Notes: generated by a model not told the origin, from the letters alone. Counted from the first letter of the stretch, positions 31,086 through 40,631 are shown. The stretch: DNA of 64,000 nucleotides from an uncultured Planctomycetaceae bacterium (GCA_963813715.1 CAWFAK010000005.1:704001-768000), one strand, 5' to 3'. Translations and numbers: made by a program.

Positions 31086-31787
31086 ATGGGACAAAAGATC
31101 AATCCAACGGGCTACCGCATCGGCATCGTCGAGCCGTGGCGCAGCCGCTGGTACGCCGGCAAGAAAGACTTCGGCGATCTGTTGATCGAGGACTACAAGA
31201 TCCGCAACTTCGTGAAGACGAAGTATCAGTTCGCGGGCATTCCGAAGATCGAGATCGAGCGGACCCGTGACCAGGTCGTCGTGCATCTGTATACGGCCCG
31301 GCCGGGCATCATCATCGGCCGCAAGGGGCAGGAAGTCGACCGGTTGAAGGCCGAGCTCGAGGACCTGACCGGCCGGCGGATGGAGCTGAAGATCGTCGAA
31401 ATCAACAATCCGCACCGCAGCGCGGTCCTGGTGGCCGAGGATGTTGCCCAGCAGCTGATGAAGCGAGGCAGCTTCCGCCGGACGCTCAAGCGAACGCTCG
31501 ACCAGGTGATGGATGCCGGCGCGTTCGGAGTGAAGCTCGAGCTGTCGGGTCGGTTGGGCGGCGCGGAAATGTCGCGTCAAGAAAAAGCGAGTCGAGGTTC
31601 GATCCCCCTGTCGACGCTGCAGAGGCACATCGACTACGGCTTTGCCGTGTCGAAGACCTCCGTCGGGTCGATTGGCGTCAAGGTGTGGATCGATTTGGGT
31701 GATTACGCAACTGAGGAGTCCGGCGATGGCACTCATGCCAAAGCGGGTCAAGTACCGCAAAAGCCAAAGAGGGCGTATAAGAGGTAA
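31086..31787 (+). CDS. rpsC: 30S ribosomal protein S3
   Basis: MGQKINPTGYRIG, ARPGIIIGRKG, SGRLGGAEM and IPLSTL. Confidence 0.97.
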   Translation: MGQKINPTGYRIGIVEPWRSRWYAGKKDFGDLLIEDYKIRNFVKTKYQFAGIPKIEIERTRDQVVVHLYTARPGIIIGRKGQEVDRLKAELEDLTGRRMELKIVEINNPHRSAVLVAEDVAQQLMKRGSFRRTLKRTLDQVMDAGAFGVKLELSGRLGGAEMSRQEKASRGSIPLSTLQRHIDYGFAVSKTSVGSIGVKVWIDLGDYATEESGDGTHAKAGQVPQKPKRAYKR

Positions 31788-32145
31788 CGCCGTCCGTGGC
31801 AACAAGGTGTCCTTCGGCGACTTCGGACTGCAGTCGCTCGACGCGGGACACATTTCGGCGAATACCATCGAAGCCTGCCGCGTGGCCGCGAACCAATACA
31901 TTCGCGGTGAAGGGAAGCTCTACATCCGTATCTTCCCGCAAAAGTCGGTGACGGCACGCCCTCTGGAAACGCGAATGGGTCACGGCAAAGGCGAGCCCGA
32001 CCACTGGGTGGCGGTCGTCAAGCCGGGAACGGTGATGTTCGAGTTGGGCGGCGTCCACCAGGATACGGCCCGGGAGTGTTTTGCGCGGGTGGCCTACAAG
32101 CTGCCCGTCCGCGTGCGGTTGATGGGCCGCGCCCGAACGATCTGA
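31726..32145 (+). CDS. rplP: 50S ribosomal protein L16
   Basis: LMPKRVKYRKSQRG, IRIFP and RMGHGKG; ATG at 31726 with SD GAGGAG inside rpsC. Confidence 0.97.
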   Translation: MALMPKRVKYRKSQRGRIRGNAVRGNKVSFGDFGLQSLDAGHISANTIEACRVAANQYIRGEGKLYIRIFPQKSVTARPLETRMGHGKGEPDHWVAVVKPGTVMFELGGVHQDTARECFARVAYKLPVRVRLMGRARTI

Positions 32146-32200
32146 CGAAGGCCGGTAGCCAGAGGCCGGGTGACGAAGGCAGGCGACGAAGGACGATGCG

Positions 32201-32419
32201 ATGACCAAGGCGACCCACCTCCGCGAAATGAGCCCCGATCAACTGGAGTTTTCGCTGACCGAGGCAAAGAAGGAGCTGTTCCGGTTGCGGTTCCAGGCCG
32301 CTACCGAGAAGTTGGACGCGCCGAGCAATCTCCTCAAGCTCCGTCGCGAGATTGCCCGGATTTACACGATCCAGCACGAACGGGCCGCGGACGCGGCGAA
32401 GAAGACGAAGAAGGCATAG
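32201..32419 (+). CDS. rpmC: 50S ribosomal protein L29
   Basis: KKELFRLRFQAAT...RREIARIYT. Confidence 0.96.
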   Translation: MTKATHLREMSPDQLEFSLTEAKKELFRLRFQAATEKLDAPSNLLKLRREIARIYTIQHERAADAAKKTKKA

Positions 32420-32473
32420 CCCACACGACAAATTGAACGAGCGACCAATGAACGACCGGTTTGAGGCGAGGCG

Positions 32474-32743
32474 ATGAAGAAGCGGTTGACGGGTTTAGTC
32501 ACCAGCGACAAACGAAATAAAACGCGGCGCGTCGAGATCGAGCGGCTGTACCGGCATCCGAAGTACGGCAAGATCGTGCGAAGCCGGACCATTTGCCACG
32601 TCCACGACGAGGAAAACTCCGCCAAGGAGGGGGACACCGTCGAGATTATCGAGACGCGTCCCCTGTCGAAAACCAAGCGCTGGAATCTGGTGCGGATCGT
32701 CAAGGCCGGATCGCAAGCGCCTTCGGTCGATGAGGTTCCCTAG
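32474..32743 (+). CDS. rpsQ: 30S ribosomal protein S17
   Basis: GLVTSDK..KT, HPKYGK, HDEEN and [11 protein letters not shown]. Confidence 0.97.
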   Translation: MKKRLTGLVTSDKRNKTRRVEIERLYRHPKYGKIVRSRTICHVHDEENSAKEGDTVEIIETRPLSKTKRWNLVRIVKAGSQAPSVDEVP

Positions 32744-32745
32744 CC

Positions 32746-33114
32746 ATGATCCAGATGCAAACCATTGTCGACATCGCCGATAACACCGGTGCCAAAACCG
32801 CCCGGTGCATCAAGGTGCTGGGCGGTTCCAAGCGGCGGACGGCCGGGCTGGGCGACGTTGTGGTCGTTGCCGTGCAGAAGTCGATCCCGAGCGCTACCGT
32901 CAAAAAGGGAACGGTTGCCAAGGGCGTGATCGTCCGCGTGCGGTTCTCGACCCGCCGACAGGACGGCAGCTACGTGCGGTTCGACCGCAACGCGGTCGTG
33001 CTGATCGACGACGAAGGCAACCCCCGCGGCACGCGTATCTTCGGCGCGGTGGCCCGCGAGTTGCGCGATCGCAAGTTCACCAAGATTCTGAGCCTGGCCA
33101 GCGAGGTCATTTAA
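32746..33114 (+). CDS. rplN: 50S ribosomal protein L14
   Basis: [15 protein letters not shown] and [13 protein letters not shown]. Confidence 0.98.
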   Translation: MIQMQTIVDIADNTGAKTARCIKVLGGSKRRTAGLGDVVVVAVQKSIPSATVKKGTVAKGVIVRVRFSTRRQDGSYVRFDRNAVVLIDDEGNPRGTRIFGAVARELRDRKFTKILSLASEVI

Positions 33115-33174
33115 GCGTCCAAGATCAGCCTGAAGTGGGATCAGCGTGGCGGGGATCCGCCGAGAGTGACAGTC

Positions 33175-33535
33175 ATGAAAATCAAGCGTGGCGACATGGT
33201 GGTGGTGATCGGCGGCGACCAGGCCAGCCGAACTCCGCACCGCGTCACTCAGGTGCTGGACGGGCGGCAAGCAGCTGCTCGTCGAAGGGATCAATCGCGT
33301 CTTCAAGCACGTGAAGCGCGGCCATCCGAAGAGTCCGCAGGGCGGACGGCTGAACCTCGAGACGCCGATCGACGCCTCCAAGGTCATGTACTTCTGTGGT
33401 TCGTGCAACAAGGGTGTTCGCGTCGGCTTCCGCCGACAGGCCGACGGCGGGAAAGAGCGCTTCTGCAAGTCGTGCGGCGCGGCACTGGGCGTCGTCGGCC
33501 GCTCGAAGGCTGCGCGACGCGCGGCGGCCACATGA
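33175..33535 (+). CDS. rplX: 50S ribosomal protein L24 (extra base at about 33265)
   Basis: MKIKRGDMVVVIGG, then after the indel LLVEGINRVFKHVK...ETPIDASKV; two CxxC motifs near the C-terminus. Confidence 0.93.
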
Positions 33536-33590
33536 CCGGCATTCCCATTCCAGGTTCGCAGTTATCACCGCAAACAATCGAAGCTGAACA

Positions 33591-34145
33591 ATGTCCAGGC
33601 TGCTGACTCAATACCGCGAAAAAGTCGTCCCCGAGCTCAAGACCAAGCTCAAGCGGGACAACGTGCACGCCATTCCCCGGCTGGTGAAGATCGTGGTCAG
33701 CATGGGCGTCGGCAAGGCCCGCGAGGACCGCAAGCACCTGGACGAGGCGATGGAGCACCTGGCCCAAATCACCGGGCAGCGGCCGCAAAAGACCCGCGCC
33801 CGCAAGTCGGTCTCGGCCTTTCGGCTGCGGGAAGGGATGGAGATCGGCTGCCGCGTCACGCTCCGCGGTCGCATGATGTATGAGTTTCTCGACCGGCTGA
33901 TCACGCTGGCTTTGCCGCGAGTTCGCGACTTCCGGGGGCTCAACCCGAAGTCGTTCGACGGTCGCGGCAACTACAGCATGGGGCTGAACGAACAGCTGGT
34001 GTTTCCCGAAATCAACGCCGACAAGGTTCACAACGTTCAGGGTATGAACATCACGGTCGTGACGACGGCCGGCAACGACGACGACGCCCGCGCGCTGCTG
34101 CGCGAGCTGGGTCTGCCGCTGCGAGTGGAAGGTGCGGCGACCTGA
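33591..34145 (+). CDS. rplE: 50S ribosomal protein L5
   Basis: KIVVSMGVG, FRLREG, VTLRG, LPRVRDFRG and FDGRGNY. Confidence 0.98.
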   Translation: MSRLLTQYREKVVPELKTKLKRDNVHAIPRLVKIVVSMGVGKAREDRKHLDEAMEHLAQITGQRPQKTRARKSVSAFRLREGMEIGCRVTLRGRMMYEFLDRLITLALPRVRDFRGLNPKSFDGRGNYSMGLNEQLVFPEINADKVHNVQGMNITVVTTAGNDDDARALLRELGLPLRVEGAAT

Positions 34146-34171
34146 CGCCGACCGCTAAACCGCAGGACGGG

Positions 34172-34261
34172 CCCGAACGGCGTAGGCCGTTCAGGTAAAA
34201 CCCCGAACGGCGCAGGCCGTTCAGGTAAAACCCCGAACGGCGCAGGCCGTTCAGGTAAAAC
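34172..34261. repeat. 3 x 30-bp tandem palindromic (REP-like) repeat
   Basis: CCCGAACGGCG(T/C)AGGCCGTTCAGGTAAAAC three times head to tail. Each unit holds the stem GAACGGC/GCCGTTC with a 4-nt loop; one substitution among the copies. Confidence 0.9.
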
Positions 34262-34279
34262 GCAGAGCAAAGGTTTTCT

Positions 34280-34465
34280 ATGGCCAGTAAAGCCAAGATT
34301 GAAAAAGCCAAGCGCAAGCCGAAGTTCAGCTCACGGCTGGAACATCGCTGCGCGTTGTGCGGGCGGCCCCGCGCCGTCTACCGCAAGTTCAAACTTTGCC
34401 GGATTTGCTTCCGCAAGTTGTGCCACGAGGGGGTAATTCCCGGGGCCAAGAAAGCGAGTTGGTAG
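34280..34465 (+). CDS. rpsN: 30S ribosomal protein S14, short Zn-binding (type Z) form
   Basis: 61 aa; RCALCGRPR...LCRICFR...IPGAKKASW. Confidence 0.97.
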   Translation: MASKAKIEKAKRKPKFSSRLEHRCALCGRPRAVYRKFKLCRICFRKLCHEGVIPGAKKASW

Positions 34466-34470
34466 CCGTG

Positions 34471-34863
34471 ATGACCGATCCGATTGCCGACATGCTGACG
34501 CGGGTCCGCAACGCCGTGCGGGTCGAGCGGTCGCACGTCGAGATGCCCTCGTCGAAGATCAAGGCGAACATCGCCGCGGTGCTCAAGCGCGAGGGCTACA
34601 TCTGGGACTACGAAGTGCTGGAGGCCAAGCCGCAGAACACGCTGCGGATCCAGCTCAAGTACGGTCCCAACGGCGAGCGCGTGATCCAGCATTTGCGTCG
34701 CGTCAGCTCGCCGGGCCGGCGCGTGTTTGCCCGCGTCGACCAGATGCCCAGGGTGCTGCAGGGGCTGGGGATTAGTATCGTCTCCACCAGCCACGGCGTG
34801 ATGAGTAACCGCGAAGCCAAACAAAAGGGAGTCGGCGGCGAAGTGCTGTGCACGCTCTGGTAG
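34471..34863 (+). CDS. rpsH: 30S ribosomal protein S8
   Basis: MTDPIADMLTRVRNA, LKREGYI, SSPGRR, STSHG and GGEVL. Confidence 0.98.
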   Translation: MTDPIADMLTRVRNAVRVERSHVEMPSSKIKANIAAVLKREGYIWDYEVLEAKPQNTLRIQLKYGPNGERVIQHLRRVSSPGRRVFARVDQMPRVLQGLGISIVSTSHGVMSNREAKQKGVGGEVLCTLW

Positions 34864-34899
34864 AGCCGCCCCGACCTCAGACAGATTCGAGTTGCGATC

Positions 34900-35457
34900 A
34901 TGTCCAGAATCGGCCGAAAACCCATCGTCGTGCCCAGCGGCGTCGAAGTCAAAATCGCCGACGGCACCGTTTCGATCAAAGGCAAGAACGGCGAGCTGAA
35001 GCTCACGCCGCATTCCGCGATGAAGATCGCCTTCGACGCGGGTTCGCGGCACCTCACCGTCGCTCGCCCCGACGATCAACGGCAGAACCGCGCCCTGCAC
35101 GGCCTGACTCGCAGCCTGCTCAACAACATGGTCGCGGGCGTCCAGACTTATTTCGAGAAGCGCCTGGAAGTCCAGGGGGTCGGTTACACGGCCACGGTTG
35201 CGGGCAAGACCCTCAACCTGCAGGTCGGTTATGCCAACACGGTCAAGATGCCGATCCCGGCGGGCGTGGTGGTCGAGTGTCCGGACAATACACACGTCGT
35301 CGCCAAGAGTGCTGACAAGCAGCTGGTCGGGCAGTTCGCGGCGGAAGTTCGCGCCGTGCGGCCGCCCGAGCCGTACAAAGGCAAGGGAATCCGTTACCAG
35401 AACGAAGTCGTCAAGCGGAAGGCGGGCAAGGCCTTCGCCGGCAGCGGCGCCGGTTAG
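34900..35457 (+). CDS. rplF: 50S ribosomal protein L6
   Basis: MSRIGRKPI, HGLTRSL, GVGY and RPPEPYKGKGIRY. Confidence 0.98.
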   Translation: MSRIGRKPIVVPSGVEVKIADGTVSIKGKNGELKLTPHSAMKIAFDAGSRHLTVARPDDQRQNRALHGLTRSLLNNMVAGVQTYFEKRLEVQGVGYTATVAGKTLNLQVGYANTVKMPIPAGVVVECPDNTHVVAKSADKQLVGQFAAEVRAVRPPEPYKGKGIRYQNEVVKRKAGKAFAGSGAG

Positions 35458-35526
35458 TTCGTGACGCGAGCGATTTTAGAAACCGGCGGCGACAGGCTTA
35501 CGGCGATTTTGGGAAGTTGACGAGCC

Positions 35527-35898
35527 ATGACACTTCAAACAAATTTGGCAAACCGGCGCGTCCGACGCACGTTTCGCGTCCGCAACCGGATCAAAGCGTC
35601 GCGGACGCTGCGGCCCAGGCTGTCGGTCTTCCGCAGCAATCGGCACATGTACGCCCAGATCATCGACGACACGACGGGGCGGACGCTGGTGTCGGCCAGC
35701 ACGGCGGAGAAGGCCCTCTTTGGCGCGGGCAAGTACGCCGGCAACAAGGCGGCAGCGGCCAAGGTCGGGCAGGCGCTGGCTGCACGGGCCGTCGAGCAGG
35801 GAATCAAGCAGGTCGTTCTCGACCGCGGACCATACAAATACCATGGGCGCGTGCAAGCGCTCGCCGAGGCGGCCCGCCAGGGCGGCCTGGAGTTTTAG
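35527..35898 (+). CDS. rplR: 50S ribosomal protein L18
   Basis: [30 protein letters not shown] and GGLEF. Confidence 0.98.
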   Translation: MTLQTNLANRRVRRTFRVRNRIKASRTLRPRLSVFRSNRHMYAQIIDDTTGRTLVSASTAEKALFGAGKYAGNKAAAAKVGQALAARAVEQGIKQVVLDRGPYKYHGRVQALAEAARQGGLEF

Positions 35899-35918
35899 CG
35901 AGGACGGGAGCGTGACGC

Positions 35919-36401
35919 GTGTCGAGTGACTTTCGTAACGACAGTCCGGAAAAGGTAATCCAGATTCGACGCTGCGCCTGCGTCGTCAAGGGTGGCCGCC
36001 GCTTCAGCTTCACGGCCCTGGTGGTCGTGGGCGACAAGAACGGCCGCGTCGGCTGGGGCTACGGCAAAGCGATCGAAGTGCCGATGGCGGTCGAAAAGGC
36101 GGCCAAGGTCGCCAATCGCCGGATGATCAGTGTCCCTTTGCACGACAATACGCTGCCGCACCAAGTTTGGGGCCATTTCGGCACGGCCCGCGTCCTCCTG
36201 ATTCCGGCGTTGCCGGGAACGGGCATCAAGGCGGGTGAAGCGGTGCGATCGGTCGTGGAATCGGTAGGCATCACCGACATCCTCACCAAGTCCTTCGGCT
36301 CGACCAATCCCATCAATTTGATCAAAGCGACCTTCGACGGCCTCCAGCAACTGCGAACGCGCGAGGAAGTGGCCCGTCTGCGGGGAGTGTCCGTATCATG
36401 A
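35919..36401 (+). CDS. rpsE: 30S ribosomal protein S5
   Basis: VVKGGRRFSFTALVVVGD, PGTGI and GSTNPIN. Confidence 0.97.
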   Translation: MSSDFRNDSPEKVIQIRRCACVVKGGRRFSFTALVVVGDKNGRVGWGYGKAIEVPMAVEKAAKVANRRMISVPLHDNTLPHQVWGHFGTARVLLIPALPGTGIKAGEAVRSVVESVGITDILTKSFGSTNPINLIKATFDGLQQLRTREEVARLRGVSVS

Positions 36402-36856
36402 TGATCAACGACGTCCATCAGGGAATTCGTAAGAACAAGTCCCGTAAGCGGATCGGTCGCGGACCGGGCTCCGGCCACGGCAAGACCTCGACCCGCGGAC
36501 ACAAGGGTTGGTACAGCCGCTCGGGCACCACAAATCGGCTCGGCTACACGGGCGGCCAGACCCCCTTGGCCCGCCGCATCGCCAAGCGCGGCTTCAATAA
36601 TCGGCAGTTTGCGCCGAGCGTGGTGGTGGTCAACGTGAGTGCCCTCAACGAGGCTTTTGAGAGTGGTGCCACGGTCAATCCGCAGACGCTTTTGGAAAAA
36701 GGCCTTGCCAAGGGTGCCTTCGACGAGATTAAAATCCTCGGCAACGGGGACCTGACCAAAAAGCTGTCGGTCGAGGCCCACCGGTTCAGCAAGTCGGCCG
36801 AGGAAAAAATCACGAAGCAAGGCGGCTCCGTGAAGCGGCTTGGCGTGCCCGGCTAG
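36398..36856 (+). CDS. rplO: 50S ribosomal protein L15
   Basis: RKRIGRGPGSGHGKTSTRGHKG, GGQTPL..R..KRGF and KILGNG; start overlaps the rpsE stop (ATGA). Confidence 0.97.
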   Translation: MMINDVHQGIRKNKSRKRIGRGPGSGHGKTSTRGHKGWYSRSGTTNRLGYTGGQTPLARRIAKRGFNNRQFAPSVVVVNVSALNEAFESGATVNPQTLLEKGLAKGAFDEIKILGNGDLTKKLSVEAHRFSKSAEEKITKQGGSVKRLGVPG

Positions 36857-36900
36857 CGCAGGATGGCCCTCGCGAGCCGCGCGAAAGGGATTGTGCTGTC

Positions 36901-38259
36901 ATGCTTCGAAAGATCATTCTCGTCTTCCGTATTCCCGAGCTGCGGCGGAAGATCCTGCTGACGTTGATTCTCCTAGCCGTCTACCGGCTCGGGTATCACG
37001 TCTATCTGCCGTTCATCGACCAGCGCGCCCTCTTGGAGCAGCGCAAAGACGCGGAGAATCAGCCGGGCGGTCTCGACACGTTCATGCAGACCATCTCGCT
37101 GTTCTCGGCCTCCCAGCTCAACTCGATCTTCGGTCTGGGAATTGCGCCGTACATCACGGCCTCCATCATTTTCCAGCTCTTGGGCACGGTTTATCCTCCG
37201 CTCGAAGCACTACAGAAGGAGGGCGAAGCGGGCCAGCGCAAGATCAACGAATATACGCGCTATGCAACGGTGCTGGTCTGCGTCATCCAGAGCTACGTGT
37301 GGATTCGGGCCGGGATGGGAGGCATGGGGCATATCATCTTGCCCGAATATGACACGTGGTTCCATCAACTGGCCGCCACGATGACAATGACCGCTGGTGC
37401 CGTCTTTCTCATGTGGATCGGCGAACAGATCGACGCCTACGGCATCGGCAATGGGATCAGCTTGCTGATTATGGCAGGCATCATCGCGCGAATGCCCGAC
37501 GCGGGCGTGCAGTTGTTGCGTCCGGCCTTCGAGCACGGCATCCGCCTGGGCACGGAAAGCGGCATCGACCGCTTCATCCTGCTGGCCGTGATGTTCGTGG
37601 TGGTCGTCATCTGGGTAGTGGCGATTACCGAGGGGCAGCGCCGAATACCCGATCCAAAGCGCCAAGCACGTCCGCGGCCGCCGCGTGATGGGCGGCCAGC
37701 GGCAGTCGCTGCCCTTGCGGGTCAATCAGGCGGGCGTCATGCCGATCGTGTTCGCCTCCAGCATCCTGGTCTTCCCGATGTTCGTCTTCCGGCAAATCAA
37801 CGTGATGGTGAAACCAGAAAGCTGGTTCTATCCGGTCACGTCCGGGCTGGCCGACGCGTTCAATTACGGCCGCGGCTACATCTACAACACCTGCTATATC
37901 TTGCTGATCTACTTGTTCTGCTACTTCTGGGTGGCCGTCACGTTCAACCCGAAGGATATTTCCGAAAACCTCAAAGACTACGGCAGCTTCATTCCCGGGT
38001 ATCGACCGGCGCGCGAACGGCGCAGTTCCTCGAGCAGGTGATGACCCGCATCACGTATTTGGGTGCCGCCTTCCTCGCCATGGTCGCCGTCATTCCGACG
38101 CTGATCGCCCACTGGATGGATATTCCGCCCATGGTGGCCAGCTTCTACGGAGGCACGGGACTGCTGATCGTCGTTTCGGTGGCGCTCGACCTGGTGCAGA
38201 AGATCGACAGCCACCTGGTCATGCGGAACTATCCCGGCTTGCTCGATTCGGATAGCTAA
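36901..38259 (+). CDS. secY: preprotein translocase subunit SecY (compensating indels at about 37650 and 38010)
   Basis: SIFGLGIAPYITASII, GIGNGISLLI, alternative-frame PLRVNQAGVMPIVFASS...FIPGYRP, and GGTGLLIVVSV. Confidence 0.95.
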   Translation: MLRKIILVFRIPELRRKILLTLILLAVYRLGYHVYLPFIDQRALLEQRKDAENQPGGLDTFMQTISLFSASQLNSIFGLGIAPYITASIIFQLLGTVYPPLEALQKEGEAGQRKINEYTRYATVLVCVIQSYVWIRAGMGGMGHIILPEYDTWFHQLAATMTMTAGAVFLMWIGEQIDAYGIGNGISLLIMAGIIARMPDAGVQLLRPAFEHGIRLGTESGIDRFILLAVMFVVVVIWVVAITEGQRRIPDPKRQARPRPPRDGRPAAVAALAGQSGGRHADRVRLQHPGLPDVRLPANQRDGETRKLVLSGHVRAGRRVQLRPRLHLQHLLYLADLLVLLLLGGRHVQPEGYFRKPQRLRQLHSRVSTGARTAQFLEQVMTRITYLGAAFLAMVAVIPTLIAHWMDIPPMVASFYGGTGLLIVVSVALDLVQKIDSHLVMRNYPGLLDSDS

Positions 38260-38276
38260 GTGCCCGCGAGGCGCCG

Positions 38277-39065
38277 GTGATCGTCCTGAAGAGCCCCCGC
38301 GAGATTGCGCGAATGCGCGACGCGGGGCAAGTGGTCGCCCGGGCCATCGAGCACGCGGCCCGCCTCCTGCGGCCGGGCTTGGCGACGCGCGAACTCGACG
38401 CGGCCATCGAAGAGGTTTTTCGCCAGGCCGGGGCCGAGGCGCTATTCAAGGGCGTCCCCGGCAAAGTCCCTTTCCCGGCCGCCAGCTGCGTCTCGGTCAA
38501 CGACGAGGTCGTGCACGGCATCCCCGGAAACCGGGTGCTCGCAGCAGGCGACCTCGTCAGCATCGACACCGCCTGCCGCCTGGCCGGCTGGTGTGCCGAC
38601 TCGGCCTGGACCTTCCCTGTCGGCCCAGTCGACAACACCAAGAGCCGTCTTCTGTCCGTCGGTCAGAGCGTTCTGGAGCTAGCGGTGGCCGAGATGGGTC
38701 GCCACAAGCGCTGGTCGGAGGTGGCTGCCCTCATGAGCGAGGCCGTCCACCGGGCCGGCTTTAGCGTCGTCGAGGACCTGGTCGGGCACGGCATCGGTCG
38801 TGAGATGCACGAGGATCCGCAAGTGCCCAACTACGTGAGCCGCTCGTTGCGACAGGGCGATTTTACCCTCGAGCCGGGATTGGTCCTGGCTATTGAGCCG
38901 ATGATCAACGCTGGCTCGAAGCGGACGCAGACCAGCAAAAAGGACCATTGGACCGTCCAGACCGAAGACGGCCAGCCCAGCGTCCATTTCGAGCACACGG
39001 TGGCACTGACGGCCGACGGGCCGGTCGTTTTGACGGGCCCGCCGGTCGCTCCGGTGGGGGCCTGA
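38277..39065 (+). CDS. map: type I methionine aminopeptidase
   Basis: SVNDEVVHGIP, DSAWT, GHGIG.EMHEDP, AIEPM and HFEHT. Confidence 0.95.
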   Translation: MIVLKSPREIARMRDAGQVVARAIEHAARLLRPGLATRELDAAIEEVFRQAGAEALFKGVPGKVPFPAASCVSVNDEVVHGIPGNRVLAAGDLVSIDTACRLAGWCADSAWTFPVGPVDNTKSRLLSVGQSVLELAVAEMGRHKRWSEVAALMSEAVHRAGFSVVEDLVGHGIGREMHEDPQVPNYVSRSLRQGDFTLEPGLVLAIEPMINAGSKRTQTSKKDHWTVQTEDGQPSVHFEHTVALTADGPVVLTGPPVAPVGA

Positions 39066-39154
39066 TTCTGCGGGGGTTTTGGGCAGATTTTTGCCGAGCG
39101 GGCGGCGCAAAGGAGTCGTTTACTCCGCGGCGTCGGAAATCGGGGCGGCTTTAC

Positions 39155-39184
39155 TTGTCGTCAAGTTTGTGCGTGGCTTATAAT
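39155..39184 (+). promoter_or_regulatory. internal sigma70 promoter for rpmJ and the alpha operon
   Basis: TTGTCG (39155-39160), 18 nt spacer, TATAAT (39179-39184) in the map-rpmJ spacer. Confidence 0.6.
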
Positions 39185-39396
39185 CTCCCGATTCCGTCCC
39201 GGGGCAATCTGGGCCGCTCGCGTTGTCGCCATGTGCCGGCTAGGTTCGGGGCGTCACAGCCCAGATTCGGCGCCGCCAGATTAGACATTGGGGATCGGCG
39301 CTGCGGAAATCGGTTCCCCTTGGATGAGCCGGATCGGCGCGTCTGGATCGGGCGAGTTGTTGGGATCGTGCTGGTGTTGGGAAGGGCAGCTCTGTC

Positions 39397-39513
39397 ATGA
39401 AAGTCCGTTCGAGCGTCAAACGCATTTGCGAGAACTGCAAGATCGTCCGCCGCAAGGGACGCATCTACGTGATTTGCTCGGCCAATCAGCGGCACAAGCA
39501 GCGCCAGGGTTAA
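39397..39513 (+). CDS. rpmJ: 50S ribosomal protein L36 (Zn-binding form; not in ORF track)
   Basis: Translated by hand: [38 protein letters not shown]. Confidence 0.97.
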   Translation: MKVRSSVKRICENCKIVRRKGRIYVICSANQRHKQRQG

Positions 39514-39589
39514 CTAGCACAAGCAGCGGCTCAGCCCGGCCGATCCGTCAATCGTCGGCTCCGCGCGAGCCGCATGGAGTTCATCGAGC

Positions 39590-39976
39590 ATGCCTCGTAT
39601 TCAGGGCGTCGACTTACCGAACAACAAGCCCATCTACATCTCGCTCACGTATCTGTACGGAGTGGGTCGGGCTCGCGCGATTGAGATGTGTTTTTCGCTC
39701 GGCATCGAGCCGATGCGGAAAGCCATCGATCTGACCGAAGACGAAATCTCGCATATCAACGCCTACCTCGACAAAGAGATCGTGATTGAAGGCCAGCTGC
39801 GCCGCAGCGTGCAGCAGGACATCGCCCGCCTGCGCGAGATCCACTGTTATCGCGGCACGCGTCATCGTCGCAGCCTGCCGGTGCGGGGCCAGCGGACGCG
39901 GACCAATGCCCGCACCCGCAAGGGCGTGAAGAAGACGGTGGCCGGCAAGAAGGGCGTCAAGGACATGCGCCACTAA
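39590..39976 (+). CDS. rpsM: 30S ribosomal protein S13
   Basis: LTYLYGVG and [26 protein letters not shown]. Confidence 0.98.
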   Translation: MPRIQGVDLPNNKPIYISLTYLYGVGRARAIEMCFSLGIEPMRKAIDLTEDEISHINAYLDKEIVIEGQLRRSVQQDIARLREIHCYRGTRHRRSLPVRGQRTRTNARTRKGVKKTVAGKKGVKDMRH

Positions 39977-40041
39977 TCCATTTTGACGAACAAGGACGCC
40001 GCCGCGATTCGGCGGGTCGTCCGTTTTCTCGGAGAACGCTC

Positions 40042-40422
40042 TTGTCAAAGTCGAAGCGGAAGAAAGTTCGACGCAACGTTACGCGGGCGATCGCCTACGT
40101 GAAGGCCACGTTCAACAACACGATCGTCACGATCACCGACGTCAACGGCGACGTTCTGTGCTGGGCGACGGCGGGAACCTCGGGCTTCAAGGGAAGCCGC
40201 AAGAGCACGCCTTTTGCCGCCCAGCGCGCGGCTGAGACCTGTGCCGAACGGGCGTCGAAGTTCGGCGTCAAGGAACTCGAGGTCCGCGTGAAGGGCCCCG
40301 GCTCGGGCCGCGAAAGCGCGATCACCGGCCTGCAGTCGGCAGGCATCGTCATCCGCGCGATCGAAGATATCACGCCGCTGCCGCACAACGGCTGCCGCCC
40401 ACCCAAGCGGCGCCGCGTTTGA
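40042..40422 (+). CDS. rpsK: 30S ribosomal protein S11 (TTG start)
   Basis: [35 protein letters not shown] and [13 protein letters not shown]. Confidence 0.98.
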   Translation: MSKSKRKKVRRNVTRAIAYVKATFNNTIVTITDVNGDVLCWATAGTSGFKGSRKSTPFAAQRAAETCAERASKFGVKELEVRVKGPGSGRESAITGLQSAGIVIRAIEDITPLPHNGCRPPKRRRV

Positions 40423-40631
40423 ACCGAGTGACTGTCCAAGCGTCCTGATTCGCCGCACCAATTCACGACGTTGATTCACCACACTGATTCGCCAAGTTGA
40501 TTCACCTGTGTCGGATTCAAGCAGCCGGTTGGATGCGAACGTCCGCGACTGACCCGCCCCGCGACTTGGCCCGCGCGGCCGCTGTTTGAAGACCCGAGAA
40601 CACAACAGACCCATCGAGCACGGAGACAGAC

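Noticed and set aside
34172..34261. CRISPR array (30-bp palindromic repeats)
   Set aside because: Units are directly adjacent with no unique spacers, and there are no cas genes in the window.
36901..38259. Pseudogenisation or programmed frameshifting of secY, rplX, rplQ, trpB and sat
   Set aside because: These are essential or highly conserved genes with intact motifs on both sides. No consistent slippery sites were seen, so sequencing indels are more parsimonious.
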